Origin: Octopus sinensis
Taxonomy: Eukaryota
DNA: 64,000 nt
NCBI RefSeq assembly: GCF_006345805.1
Contig: NC_043000.1
Span: forward strand, 36,828,001 to 36,892,000
Reading direction: 5' to 3'
The notes under the pieces are model-generated. The model saw only the letters and a list, made by a program, of their open reading frames with translations. It made no database searches and had not been told where the DNA came from. The position numbers and the translations under genes are program-made. Position 1 is the stretch's first letter; each line of letters begins with the position of its first letter. This document shows, piece after piece, positions 23,911 to 36,720 of this stretch.

Positions 23911-25375
23911 TATACTCCCCCCCATCCACACCGCTCCATTAGAAATGACAGAAACTGACAGAAAAGAAAGAAGTTACATTAGAATATGTTTAGAGATCGT
24001 TGTTGAACGTTGGCTTCGAAATATTCGAGAAATAACGGTTTCTTTTAAACGTTGTTTTGGGGATTTTACGTTTATGCATTTGCCTGATGTAAAAGAAAGA
24101 GAAGTGACCATGGTCTTCACAAACCAGTAAGACTGATGTTGCAAACGACTCCTCCCGGAAAGTGATAGGCTGGAAGAAGGATTGTGAGTTGTAGGTAGTG
24201 TGGGGCATGGGAAAGGTAGAGGCAGTATGGAAGAACGGGAATCATGAAACCAGCCATTTCTGGGAGAGCAGAGATAGAAAGAGAGACGGAGGGAGATAGA
24301 ATGGGAGAGAGAGACGTTACAGTGTGCGTCTATGAGCCTGACTTTGAAATATGCTGGTGGAGTAATTGCTAAAGTTTCTCTGTCTTTGGTACGTAAGAAT
24401 TTATTGTAGAACATAAATGCTAAAACGAGCACGAAGTCCTTATGCTAACCGAGGCTACAATGTAGAGGTAACCCAGTATTCACGAAGTAAAGAATTGCTA
24501 ATGTGTCAGCCTCTTTTGCTGGTGGGGAACTATTTTAAATCGCAATCGCAGCATTCTTCAGATAAGTTATTTGACTTGAATATTGTTCTACTACTTCATT
24601 TTTATTTGTTACTTTCCCTCTTTTATTTGTCATAATTGTTCTGCTTCCTTCTGTTTCCCAACAGAGTGACAAAGTAAAGATAGACCAGTTTAATGATGTC
24701 GTCCTGTGACGTACAAACTCTTGATCGAAACTACTCTTAAAAGGGAAAAAAAACTATCAAATTATACATTCAAACTTTACAGATTATGCTGCTTTATTTC
24801 ATTTTATACTTTATTTCGTTATCTCTTTCCAGTATTCGCCTCTCCCCGTGACTTTACTCAGATTAGAAATGTCACAATTTCGTTTTCGTTCGCATCTATA
24901 GGCATGTGGAGATGATCCATCGATTCATATAAACATCATCTGAAAACGTGAGCTAAATAATAAATAAATTCGACCGTATAACTGAGTGATTGTAGAAACT
25001 GAATTGTCGAGGGAGTCAAAATGCTGAATATTCCAAAAGCTTCGCTCACGTCTACATAACTGCAGGTACAACAAATTTCCCAGAGTTCCTTGTGATGGTC
25101 TTCATTGGTAAAAATGTCTCAGTAAAGTTTATATTATTTAAACTAGTTCGTATGCCACCGAGACTCAGTAACCATGATGTTTCATGGAAATCATTCCGTT
25201 ATGGGAGAGAGAAAATTGCTTAAATGAATAATAAGAATATAGATTCTCAGAAGTAATTTAAACAAATTTATTTGACGAAAGCCTTTTCGAGAAATGTCAG
25301 GGTTATTGTCTGTCTCTCTCTCTCCCCACGACATATGAACTTTACCAAATCTTATAATCTAGAATATACATTATA

Positions 25376-25537
25376 AGGCGCAAGCGTAACTGGGTGGTAA
25401 GAAGCTTGCTTCCCAACCACATAGTTCTGGGTTCCGTCCCATTGCATGGCACCTTGGGTGTCTTCTTCTAGACCCTCGGGCTAACCAAAGCCTTGTGAGT
25501 GGATTTGGTAGGTGGAAACTGTAAGAAGCCCGTCGTG

Positions 25538-25595
<58 letters not shown>

Positions 25596-25804
25596 ATATT
25601 TGTGTGTGGGTGGGTGTTTTTCCCCGCCATCGCTTGACCATCGATGTTGATGTGGTTATCTCTCCGTACCTCAGCGGTTCGTCCAAAGAGACCGATAGAA
25701 TGAGTACTAGGCTTACGAAGATTAAGAACTGGGGTTGATCTCTGTTCGATTAATGGCAGTGCCCCAGCATGGCCGCAGTCAAATGACTGAAACAAGTAAA
25801 AGAA
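25376..25804 (+). mobile_element. SINE family B with internal (TA)n
   Basis: AGGCGCAAGCGTAACTGGGTGGTAAGAAGCTTGCTTCCC head and GCCCCAGCATGGCCGCAGTCAAATGACTGAAACAAGTAAAAGA tail. Confidence 0.9.
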
Positions 25805-26671
25805 TACATCGATATTATTGTATATCATGTGAATATATCCAACTTCTGTTCAATTGGAATTATTCGTCTGTAAATGTTCCACCGCCATGCTAAATAATCA
25901 GATAAAACAGAATGAGAAAAATTCGACTCTCAGAAAGTTAAGCCCGGATCCTTGTCGTCTCGCTAGAAAGTCCAAGATTCTTTAGGTTAGTGTTACGTTT
26001 TCCATATGGCCATTTCTCGTGACTCATCTTTATACAAATTACCTAGGCCAGAAATATGACGTGCCCTTTTAGCATTTGTCTATGTCGCTTAGCTACAGGA
26101 GAATAGGCAAGGACGGCTGTCGTGCTAATGACGTCTATTGAGGTAGAAATACGTGTCTATTACTGTTCACATTTCCAGTCAATAAGCTTATCCATCTTGT
26201 TTACGGATTACTATTGTGGAAGAGAATATCTGGATTCTTGAAATTATATCCCCTTCACAAATGGAGCTTTTTTTCTGTGGGTCACAGTGATATATCGTCT
26301 AGAGGCACAGAATGTCTTAATAAATCAAGAATAAGTGTATTTGTATGACACATACCCCATTTCTTTCCTTTGCCATAATTAATCAGATTATAGAAATTCC
26401 AGTTTAGTCGTATTTTCAAGACAAAATAATACTTCGATCAGGGATTGAACCAAGGAACTTTTAGTCTCCAGCTTAGCGTTCCCTCAACTGAAGTTTGTTG
26501 GCTGCTTGATGACGGAGTTATATTTGAAGAAATATATTTAGTGTCATTAAACGGTAATATTTTGCTAAAATATATCAAACGAAATACCGTAAAATAATGG
26601 GCACAGAAAAAAAATTGCAAAGTAAATCACAAGACAACAGTTTTCTTGGCGTTGACAGCGCCAAAGGCAGC

Positions 26672-26814
26672 CATTAGCCATTCAAAAAACACAAAAACTG
26701 TTCACTTCGTTTATTATTTGGTGTCAAAATTTTCGTCGCATTCTCTGTGACAGAGTTCCATTGAGCTCAGTGCATCAAGTAAAGCTGAGTTTTGTGTGTT
26801 TTTGAATGGTTAAT
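26672..26814. mobile_element. Small MITE-like element with ~27-bp terminal inverted repeats
   Basis: ATTAGCCATTCAAAAAACACAAAAACT versus AGTTTTGTGTGTTTTTGAATGGTTAAT. Confidence 0.55.
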
Positions 26815-28410
26815 ATGTCATCCACGCTTTGTTTTACTTTCAAACCACAGTCTTGTATCAAATCACCTGCCAAACAGTTACAATTCCGAAACCATTGTTT
26901 GGTTTTTCTACAATTTTCCATCTTCGTTTTACACATTTTAAAATAGTCTGAAATCTATGTATTTACACAAATAATAGAAAACGAGAAAAGGGAAGAGAAA
27001 AATGCCGTTTATTTAGAGAAAACTTTGAAGAAATTGCAGCTGATGTATTATTCGCGCAATCTGCTGAAAATAGCAAGTAAAAAGACTAACAAATTACACT
27101 TGTAAAGACAATATTCAATATTATATTCAACCTGATATGTCACGACAGGAACGTCTTTCATCAATACATTTACTAACAGAATTGATCAAGAACCATGCAG
27201 CTACAAAAATCATTCCCAGCTGACGAGGGAAAGTCTTTTGAGAGACGCGACTCTCTTGACATAGAGATACAATTTCTTAAAATAACACCTTACTGTGTTG
27301 GAAATCCCACATACACACAAACATTTTTCTGTCACACACGGTCGTAGATTCGATTCATAGATAATGGCATGCTGTATCCTTGTGAAATTTTGTAATATGT
27401 GTTTTTACGCAGGCGTCAGTTTTAGTACTTGATCGCAATGCAACACAACGATCTCAGAGTTGTTCCTTTTTATAATTACTAAGAGAAAACACACTCCAGG
27501 AATCTCTCCACATCTCATAGTCAACTGCACCGCTCCTAGTGTTTTAGGATAAGGCAAGGAAGATGGATAAATAACATTGACGATAGACTGCGGATAACGG
27601 AGAAAGAAGAGAAAAAAGTGAGGAAAACAGAATGTACAGCAAACTTAGGCAAAGAAAATGAATGAGAAAGAACTGAAGTCCACAGCTTTCCACGTTCCTA
27701 TTTACGTCATCTTCTGTGCTTAAAATTTTGAAAAGCATGCTGGGAATGCATTTATGATGAATGTTGACTAATTTAACGAATCCACTTTAGAAACCAACTG
27801 GGATTACGAGATATCCAGCATCCGGTGCCAATCCGCGTTTTCTCTGCATTAACCAACAGCTGGGGATAGAGAAGTGGAGTTTCAGCTATCACACCTGTGG
27901 CTCTTACAATCCTCTCTCTTCCTATAATATACAATTTATGAAGATATTGGTCGACTTCTCAACATACTTCAAAGTTTACAGATACTGGAATGATAAAATA
28001 CAATCTCCCACCCATAAACATCGTAAATATTCTTTCCTCAGACGATTATGTTGTTACCATTCTCTTCCCTGGTAAGTCTCTTGGCACAAAACCTCTTCTA
28101 TGTATCCCCGCCCTCTTCTATTATTTCTGTTCAGTCACCCATAACTATCTCTACTCATTTTCTTTATCTCTTCACCTTCGTCTGCGTTACATTCTCACTC
28201 ACTCACTTTACATTTTTTCTTCCGTCAATTATATTTTCATTCTCCTTTACGATAGATATGTGCTCAGCATCATCATCTTCCAAAACCCAAAGTCTTCCTC
28301 CTAACATGCATATAAATATATCAATGCACGTATACACATTATTACATACACAAACACGTATAAGAACACACATATAACTACACAAAAAACTAATATATAT
28401 ATATGTATAT

Positions 28411-28761
28411 CGTCGTTGCACTCCGTCGGTTGCGACGACGAGGGTTCCAGTTGATTCGATCAACGGAACAGCCTGCTCGTGAAATTAACATGCGAGTGGC
28501 TGAGCACTCCACAGACACGTGTACCCTTAACGTAGTTCTTAGGGAGATTCAGCGTGACATGGAGTATGACGAAGCTGGCCCTTTGAAATACAGGTACAAC
28601 AGAAACAGAAAGAACGAGTGAGAGAAGGTTGTGGTGAAAGAGTACTGCTGGACCTCGTGGAGCTTTAGGTGTTTTCGCTTAATAAACAATCACAACGCCT
28701 AGTCTGAGAATCGAAACCACGACCGCGTGTTCGCTGCCCTAACCACTGGGCCATTGCGCCT
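28411..28761 (-). mobile_element. SINE family C (tRNA-Arg-like head)
   Basis: AGGCGCAATGGCCCAGTGGTTAGGGCAGCG...GGTTTCGATTCTCAGAC, colinear with 50518-50876. Confidence 0.9.
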
Positions 28762-28765
28762 CTGC

Positions 28766-28796
<31 letters not shown>

Positions 28797-28797
<1 letters not shown>

Positions 28798-29000
28798 CTC
28801 TTTTGCTTGTTTCAGTCATTTGACTGCGGCCATGCTGGAGCACCGCCTTTAGTCGAGCAAATCGACACCGGGACTTATTCTTTGTAAGCCCAGTACTTAT
28901 TCTATCGGTCTTTTTGGCCGAACCGCTAAGTGACGGGGACGTAAACACACCAGCATCGGTTGTCAAGCAATGCTAGGGGGACAAACACACACACACAAAC

Positions 29001-29064
<64 letters not shown>

Positions 29065-29217
29065 CATACATATATACGACAGGCTTCTTTCAGTTTCCGT
29101 CTACCAAATCCACTCACAAGGCATTGGTCGGCCCGGGGCTATAGCAGAAGACACTTGCCCAAGATGCCAAGCAGTGGGACTGAACCCGGAACCATGTGGT
29201 TGGTAAGCAAGCTACTT
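28797..29217 (-). mobile_element. SINE family B, young copy with (CA)n/(TA)n
   Basis: Closely similar to the 53397-53775 copy, with a well-preserved B-box GGGTTCAGTCCC. Confidence 0.92.
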
Positions 29218-29233
29218 ATATATATATATATAT

Positions 29234-29454
29234 ATTATATAAAAGGGCTTAGTAAAATAAATTACTTTGCCGCATACTGAACTCATTAGAAATTTCTAAT
29301 GAGTTGTGATTTCTAATGTTCAGTATGCGGCAAGTAATTTATTTTACTAAGCCCTTTTATATAATGTAATAATTTGAATTCGCCTTGAATGGTCCCTTGC
29401 ATACTGAACACTTGGTGAAATTGATTAATTAATTAATTTTGCCCTCAATTGTTG

Positions 29455-29457
<3 letters not shown>
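29234..29457. mobile_element. Short insertion in (TA)n beginning with a near-perfect ~130-bp palindrome (Penelope-like inverted terminal fragment?)
   Basis: ATTATATAAAAGGGCTTAGTAAAATAAATTACTTTGCCGCATACTGAAC and its reverse complement (one 1-nt indel) flank CTCATTAGAAATTTCTAATGAG. TA tracts lie on both sides. Confidence 0.6.
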
Positions 29458-29501
<44 letters not shown>

Positions 29502-29879
29502 AGCTTGTATATTATACACACGTATGTGTGCATGTATAATAATATATGAGAGCGAAAGAGGGCGTGAGAGAGAAAGAGAGAGAGAGGGGGGAAAGGAGAG
29601 AAAGAGAGACGGAGACATTTACATGTACGCCAGTAAAGAATTACCTGCACAATCCCAAAACCATTCCAACTGTCTTATGCGAAAATTACAAACGTGGGTA
29701 AGGCAATATTGAAAATAATCTACTTTTCTCCTATCTCTTCTCACTCACAAGTGTAACTTAATCACAAAGAAGTACATAAGAAATACAGAAATATATATAT
29801 ATACCCCCCCCCCCACATATATATATATATATATCTGATGCACTGAATTCTGTTCCTCCTATTCGACTAAAACTGTGTG

Positions 29880-30090
29880 TATTAAGCTGGCATTGCCATC
29901 CATTCGTCCCTCTCCTCCCTTCACTCACTTTGTAACCCCCACCGCACGTTTCCCCGCTAATCACTATTCCCAGACCTTACTCTCTGGAACGTCGGACTTC
30001 TGGAATTCTCTCCTGTTTATCTCTTTCCGGCTGCCGCTGTTCACAGGGACGTTTTCAATAACGCTAATGGTCTCATCCTCATTAATCTAG
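29880..30090 (+). mobile_element. L2/Crack/CR1-group LINE ORF2 3' end, decayed
   Basis: ...FPANHYSQTLLSGTSDFWNSLL... fits the typical HYxxSFxPRTxxLWNSLP C-terminal motif. Confidence 0.55.
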
Positions 30091-30271
30091 GAAGCACTGC
30101 AAACCCGATAGGCATTGCCCTTTCTTCCAGATCCAACAAATAAAAGCCATTCAGATTACACCGCACCATTTTGCGCAAGGAAGACCGAACCACGCGATAT
30201 TGTCTTCGATAGAATGGCTAAGGATGGAATACTTTTAACAGGGTATTTTTCAACCGATGATATCCTATATG

Positions 30272-30393
30272 CAGTGGTCCTAAACCCTTTTAATATCTGG
30301 GCCAAATCCAAAACGTGGATGTTTTTAGTAGGGGGCTGGAAGGATGCTTGAGGGACGCACGAGGACCTGGTAGCTGGGGGTTAAGAACCGCTG
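30272..30393. mobile_element. hAT-family MITE (122 bp) with perfect 8-bp target-site duplication
   Basis: TSD CCTATATG at 30264-30271 and 30394-30401, and TIRs CAGTGGTCCTAAACCC / GGGTTAAGAACCGCTG. Confidence 0.9.
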
Positions 30394-30977
30394 CCTATAT
30401 GTAAACAACAACATCCGTAACGACATCAACATTTTCGACCGTAATTTCCTTATTCAATTAATGTAACTAGCATCAAATCAGACTTTCTTAAAATTCAATT
30501 TCTCGTATTTTCGAACCTCTGAGCAAATCATAAAGACGCTTAAACTGAAGCATTCTGAAAGGTGGAAAGCGAAGAATAGAAAAACGCAAAAGTTATTTTT
30601 GAATGTTCCACAAGAGGATCGATTTCTTTCTTGAAACTACGATTGCAGAATGAGCCATATTTAACTAGTATTGATTAGTGACTGAGAGAGCTAATATTAA
30701 CGTTGATTAATAATATAATGAAAGAATATTTACAAAAATGTGATAAACCAATTTGGAAAATAAACACTTCTTTATAGTCTTTTTCCGGAACTGTTAAGCA
30801 GGATTTTGAAGATATTAAAGAAGTAAACAACTGCAAAACAGAAAAATTCTGTTGATTTACAGGGCAACGGAGACATGAAATCTATGGTTATATCAAATAT
30901 AGACAAATAACGACACTTCTCACCCCAAAATGTTCAGAGTAAATCAGAAATATGTAAAAACAGAAATGCAAGCGCAG

Positions 30978-31143
30978 GTTGGTTTGTTTACGTCCCCGTA
31001 ACTCAACTGTTTGGCAAAAGAGTCCGATAGAATAAGTACCAGGATTAGAAAAATGTCCTTCTAGGATCAACTTGTTCGATTAAAACCTTTCAAGGCGGTG
31101 CCCCAGTATGGCCACAGTCAAATGACTGAAAATAGTAAAAGAT
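30978..31143 (+). mobile_element. SINE family B 3' half
   Basis: GTTTACGTCCCCGTAACT...GATAGAATAAGTACC...GGCGGTGCCCCAGTATGGCCACAGTCAAATGACTGAAA. Confidence 0.85.
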
Positions 31144-32489
31144 AAAAAATGCCTTTGTACATCCGCAGCAAAGAGAAATGAGACAGGAGTTGAAAACTAT
31201 CGGTGAGAAAGTCCTTATGCAGAAGATAGAAATCCAGTGGAGATCAATCATTAGTCTGTCGTATGATGAGGAGACAAGCAGAGATGCACCTTTACAGATG
31301 AGTACAGGTTCCTCTAGGAAGGAGTATTCCAATTTTTACAAGACTCAAGCGTAGTTTAAAATAATTTTCATATAATTACTCTTTTTACATTACATCAAAG
31401 CAATTTGATGCCATAGTTAATATACTCTTAAGACTGTCATGGAAAAATATTCAGGAGAGGAAATTATCGACAGTGACTCGATTATTAGTCGCTGGGAAAG
31501 TGTCACAGCAGAGGGTGTTAACTGATGTCAGTGGTATGGAAAACTAGAGGAATGTTGTACAGGCATTGAATAACTTTGCTGTCCGATTCATAATACATCG
31601 TGGTTGCAGTGTTCAGCTGACATTTTAAATTACTCCTGTCCTACCCGACAATAGCATCAGATCATCCAGAAGGGGATCGATTTCACTGCTAATGCTAATG
31701 ACATTTCATGCTATGATTTACACGATAAACACATCGTAGATTTATTTCAAACTTGCTGTTGAGAGTCGTATCTTGTAAAATTTTTTTACGATAGCAAAAG
31801 CGTTGCGTTATGATCGCAGTTCATGTTTCAGGACAATTAGTTTACGTGTGAGCGTCTCTGGTCGGCAGTTTCCGTAGATGTTCGGTAGTCAATCATAAAT
31901 ACGCAGCTGGAGTTTCGGTTAATTGATTATTCATTTTGAATTTAATGAGAGTAGCAAATTGTCCATTATGTATGTATGTATGCATGTATGGAAGAATGTG
32001 TGTGTATATGTGCACGTGTGGATACTGTATGTGTGCGCAGGAATGTTGGTGCACGTGTGTGTAAGTATTGTTAGTGCACGCGAATGTGTGTGTTTGTAAG
32101 TATGAGTGTTGCTATGTGTGTTTATATGTATTCCCATAAGTATGGATGCTGAACTGTTCGTATGCATGTATGTATGTGAGTGAATATGATTGTTTGTATA
32201 CCATCATTATGCATGTACGAAGAAGATAATCCTTTTAATTTAATTAAGTGAGAATTATAATTTATTATTAAAATTACTGTTATAGAAATTCTCTGATTAA
32301 TGCAATATTGAAAATTGACTATTGAACATTCGCGGTTCACTGGAATCTCCCAGATACAGTCTCACTGAAGTTCTATTGAAATGGCAAAGACAGAGCAACA
32401 ACAGCAACGGAGCCATTGTGGAGATTGCAGCATCGACTACTTGCCGAGTTTAAGATGAAATAGTAACATTGGTTACACGTTTCTGATAG

Positions 32490-32650
32490 AACGCCAGCAA
32501 GTTCGGGGGAGGGGGGATAAAGCGATTATATCGACCCCAGTCCCGGTGCCCAACCGATTTCTATTTTATCCACTCCGAAAGGATGAAAGGTAAAGTCGAC
32601 TGCTAAGCATTTTGCCCATCAAACTAACAACACTGCCTGCTCCACGCCTT
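32490..32650 (-). mobile_element. SINE family A with internal deletion
   Basis: CCGAAAGGATGAAAGGTAAAGTCGAC and GCTAAGCATTTTGCCC are reverse complements of family A segments. Confidence 0.8.
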
Positions 32651-33569
32651 AATAAGTAACCGTAATAAAACAATAATTACTAATTGCGGCAGCAGTAGCA
32701 GCCGTGTGGGATGCGAGTTCTTTTTTCAGTCGCTTGGTACCAGGTTCACTGGTACTGCGTAGGTCGTGACGCAAGTCTTTTCTGCCATGTTCTTTGTGTT
32801 GAGTCGGACTTTGTGAGAAAAACTGTTCGGAAGATCATCGGATAAAGGGTATGTTATTGATCATCTGATTGAACTGCTCCCAACCCTGGGCCTACTGACC
32901 GTTTAAAATTGCCAATTATGTCGCAAAAATGTAGACGAGATCACTGTTTAATGTTAGTATTGTAGCAAGTCGTGAAGTGTGACTTGTCTTGTAAATGTTA
33001 TTCCAAGTACTATCCAACCCCTGGTTTGCAGTCAAGCTCTTTTTTGCAACTCCTCAACCACATCTTGACAAATATACCTTCATACCCCCCCACACACACA
33101 CTCTCTCTCTCTCACCCTCTCAAACAGTGCACTTACTGGTCTTTTCATTGACATTCATAGCTCATGGTTGAGCTTCTGTAATGTCACACTGATGGTTTCG
33201 CGTAACTTAATCCGCTCGGCCTTTTTTCATCCGTAATGTGGCTGCACCAAACTATTGTTTCTATAATCTTACGACGTTGTCTGTAAGAGACATCTGCAGT
33301 TCTATAGATTCCGCTCGTCTTTTACACATTTCACGGACATACATCACAGTTAGCATAAAGATAGCTATATACAGATGAATTTTGGTGAAGAAGAATTGGT
33401 CCGTGCAGGCTTTAGGCACTGGAAATCTGCTTTAACTGATTCTTTTCTTCACATTATATTCATAGTTTTCATTCTTGGAAAGATAAAAACCAACCTGGTT
33501 TTCACCGGTTTCAACTCAGATCATGTAAAATTTTAAAAATCGAACAGATTTACCTAATAAGGCCTCTTC

Positions 33570-33830
33570 ACCTTAAGGTTAGGAATGTGAATGAATCAAC
33601 AATCTCCAGAGTTTGGCCTGCACCAACTCAAATTCTTGCTGCGCCTCACCAATAAGTATCACTTTCCTCTTTTCATTGCTGATCCAAATACTAACCTTTG
33701 AGCTGCTGTTACTGGTTGTCATCACCATACCTGCTGTATTAAGGAGACCCAGAACGTCAGAAAAATTAAATTCTGTGAGTCTTCCCTACCCCCATTTGAT
33801 GCAGGTTCCCACTTTGACTTAATCATTATG
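33570..33830 (-). mobile_element. RTE-clade LINE reverse-transcriptase fragment
   Basis: Minus-strand translation IKWG*GRLTEFNFSDVLGLL...KVSIWISNEKRKVILIG...LEIVDSFTFL fits RTE RT LxDLDFADDxxLL...KVGLxIxxxKTKVM...LExVxxFxYL. Confidence 0.7.
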
Positions 33831-35228
33831 AATCCGTAGAAGATATTAAGAGAAGAAACAGTATATGCCCAAGAGACATGCCTGTGAAAATGTACGATAT
33901 ATATATATATATGTATGTATAAAATGGCAATTTCTCTGTTACCATCATAGTGCATAAATCAGCGAACTCGGGAAATGTTGCATACATGTTACACTAACAT
34001 CGGGTACAATAATAGGCTAATTGGATTTCAATAAAAGTCTATAACGAGCTCCCTACGAGTGGGGAGAAGTGATGCAAAATGTATAAGTCTGAGGGAAACG
34101 CAGCAGCAGAGTGAGAGTGACTTATGTCAGGGAAAGTGAGAACAGCATCATGTAAGCGACAAATATTGAGTTTCATTGGGATGGTAACGTTAATACAGCT
34201 GTCAGGTGCACGCGACGCTGCATACATACTTTTATAAATACATAGACACAACACACACATCGGTGGGTATGAGGAATATGTAGCTTTAGGGAGAGAAGGG
34301 GTAGGTGTCTTTTCTGATGTCAATCGCAAAGAAACATACACATACAGTAAAATAATTAAGAGGAGGAAGCAAAGCAAAGCATTACGATGACCAAAGCTGT
34401 TAAAACTTCAGCTTTTTAGAGAAAACGTTTCATAAGCAGTTCATCATTAAAAAGCTTTCATATATGTTTTTTTTATAAAGTCAGTTACTAACAAACTGCA
34501 ATCAGACGGCATGCATTCAGAGATAAATGATTAATCGTGTAGTATTTTGAACTGCTATGCTACAATTAACCGAGTGCATTTCCAACAGGAAGCAACAACT
34601 CAACATCAGATTCGAGTGGTTCTTTACATCAGATTCTTTTAAACTATGGTAAACTGTTATGGCATAGCAGATGCAATCATTTAACACAAAGCACACATGT
34701 ACACGCATCTAACAAGAAACTCACTCGCAAACAGAAGCACTTGCACACGATGTATATGCATGCGTGTGTGCGTGCGTGCTTGTGTGTGTGTAGAACTGTG
34801 CTGTGGGCATACAAACGTGCTAAATCTACTTAGCTCTCTGTAGATTGGAAAAATGCACATGCTAAAAGGGTTTTCAACCCCTATTGGAGTCTCATCACAG
34901 GTTTCTACATCAGTCGAAGCAAGCAGCCAATCCGTTTGTAATACGCACCAAATCTAGTGACTCCGGAGAATCGGGTTCACTAATTCGCCAAATGCGAGAA
35001 TTTAACACTCCAGTTAAAGTGTATGGAAACAGTGATCTACTCTCATTGTTACTCGGAATCTCACGTGTAATCGATCGGACAATGAATTGGTAACAAAGGT
35101 TTGCCTTTGGTACCAATTAGATTGGTAACATGTGAACTGGTCGAATGTGTGGGAAGGCTGAAGATATATCGAAGACTTTCCAGTGAAATCAAATGATCAT
35201 ATGTACACGCACCGTAGATAGGTAGATA

Positions 35229-36486
35229 TTGGGTCATCCCATAAATAATGCAGTTTTTTCAATCGCATGAAGTCGGAGGGAGACGGCATAAACTACCTGC
35301 ATCAACTTACTATAAAAACAGGTAGAAATTTTACCTTGCTTGGATTATCATTCTTGGTGCAAGTTTTGAAGAGTGCAGTTCGATTTTAGTTATTTTTTCA
35401 AAGCAATAATGGCACTGACAAATGAGCATATTCGGCATATTTTGCTTCTTTATGAGTTCAATAAAGAGAACAACGCAATGGAAAATGCAAAGAATATTAA
35501 TGCAATATATGGAGATCAGACAATAAGAATAAGCTGGTGTTAATGGTGGTTCCAGATATTCCAAGCTGGAAACTGCAGCCTAGAAGACGAGCCACTTCCT
35601 GGAAGACCTATAGACCTGCAAACCCTGGTGGAACAAAATCCCATTGTAACGGTTGAGAAAGTAGCAGAAAAGCTTGGATTTGGCCATTCGTCAATACCTG
35701 CGTGCCATTGGAGAAGTCAGAGAAGTGGGTCAATGGGTTCCTCACAAACTTTTCGAGTTTAATCGCGTGCAGAGAGTGAATGTATGTTCTTCTTTGCTGC
35801 CACGTCTCACAAATGAACCTTTTTTTTTTTTTTTTTGACGGAATGGTGACTGCTGACGAGAAAGTGGTTCTCAATCAAAATGTCAAGCGCCGAAGACAGT
35901 GGGCAGAGAACGGTGGAACAACGGCGCCCCAGGGTAAAGAAGGACTTCACACCCACATAAGGTGTTGCTATCTGTTTGGTGGGATATGAAATGTTTAGTC
36001 CACTTAGAACTTTTAAACTCGAACCAAACGATAACGAATGAGATCTACTGCAAACAGCTTGAGCGGCTTGAGTCAGCGCTAGAAGAAAGACAACCATCTT
36101 TGGTTTCAAGACGAAAGGTCTTCTATCAGGATAATGCTCGGCCACATGTAGGGAGGAAGACAATTCAAATGCTGGACCAGTTTTAATTGGAAACTATGCT
36201 CCGCCTACCATATTCGCGGACGTTGCCCCATCTGATTATCATTTATTCCGTAGTCTTCAAAATCATTTAGACGTAAAATATATGAGTTCTGTCAATGAAG
36301 TCAGAGCAGTACTGGAGGAGTATTTTTCATCACGGACAAGTGAATTTTGGAAGAGGAGTCTTCCAGAGAGATGGAAGAGCATTATAGAAAATGAAGGAGA
36401 TGATATTTTAGATTAACAGGGAACTTTGTCCATCTTAATTTTTAAGAAAGATATAAAAATACTGCATTATTTATGGTATGAGCCAA
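35229..36486 (+). mobile_element. Full-length mariner (DD34D) DNA transposon, inactivated
   Basis: TIRs TTGGGTCATCCCATAAATAATGCAGT / ACTGCATTATTTATGGTATGAGCCAA, TA at 35227-35228 and 36487-36488, length 1258 bp. Confidence 0.95.
35409..36415 (+). pseudogene. Mariner transposase pseudogene
   Basis: MALTNEHIRHILLLYEF..., WFQIFQAGNCSLEDEP..GRP, QWVPHKL, VTADEK, FYQDNARPH and DVAPSDYHLFRSLQNHL, with stops and frameshifts. Confidence 0.92.
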
Positions 36487-36544
36487 TAGACAGACAGACA
36501 GACAGACAGATAGATATATAGATAGATAGATGCGTGTCCTAGTT

Positions 36545-36720
36545 CTGAGGGATGGATTCTTAAAGATAAGGTCCTGTGGTCGATTCCTAGATTGGTGGGG
36601 AGGACGTGCTTTGGCCTTAAGCAAAATAACACTGTTCACGTTACTCCAGTAACGTCTAGCGCAGGTGTAGCCCTCTCTCCCTCCAGCCGTTGAACTGGAC
36701 CATGAGTAGGGGCCGCAAGG
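36545..36720 (+). mobile_element. Old tRNA/CORE-like SINE remnant
   Basis: B-box-like GGTCGATTCC, then GGCCTTAAGCAAAATAACACTGTTCACGTTACTCCAGT, resembling the body of the 6992 SINE. Confidence 0.45.

Noticed and set aside
24902-24947. Plus-strand AG...GT-bounded segment
   Set aside because: All three frames contain stops. A non-coding exon cannot be supported from sequence alone.
35962-36186. SETMAR-like domesticated gene
   Set aside because: It lies inside a TIR-bounded mariner with multiple disabling mutations and no SET domain.
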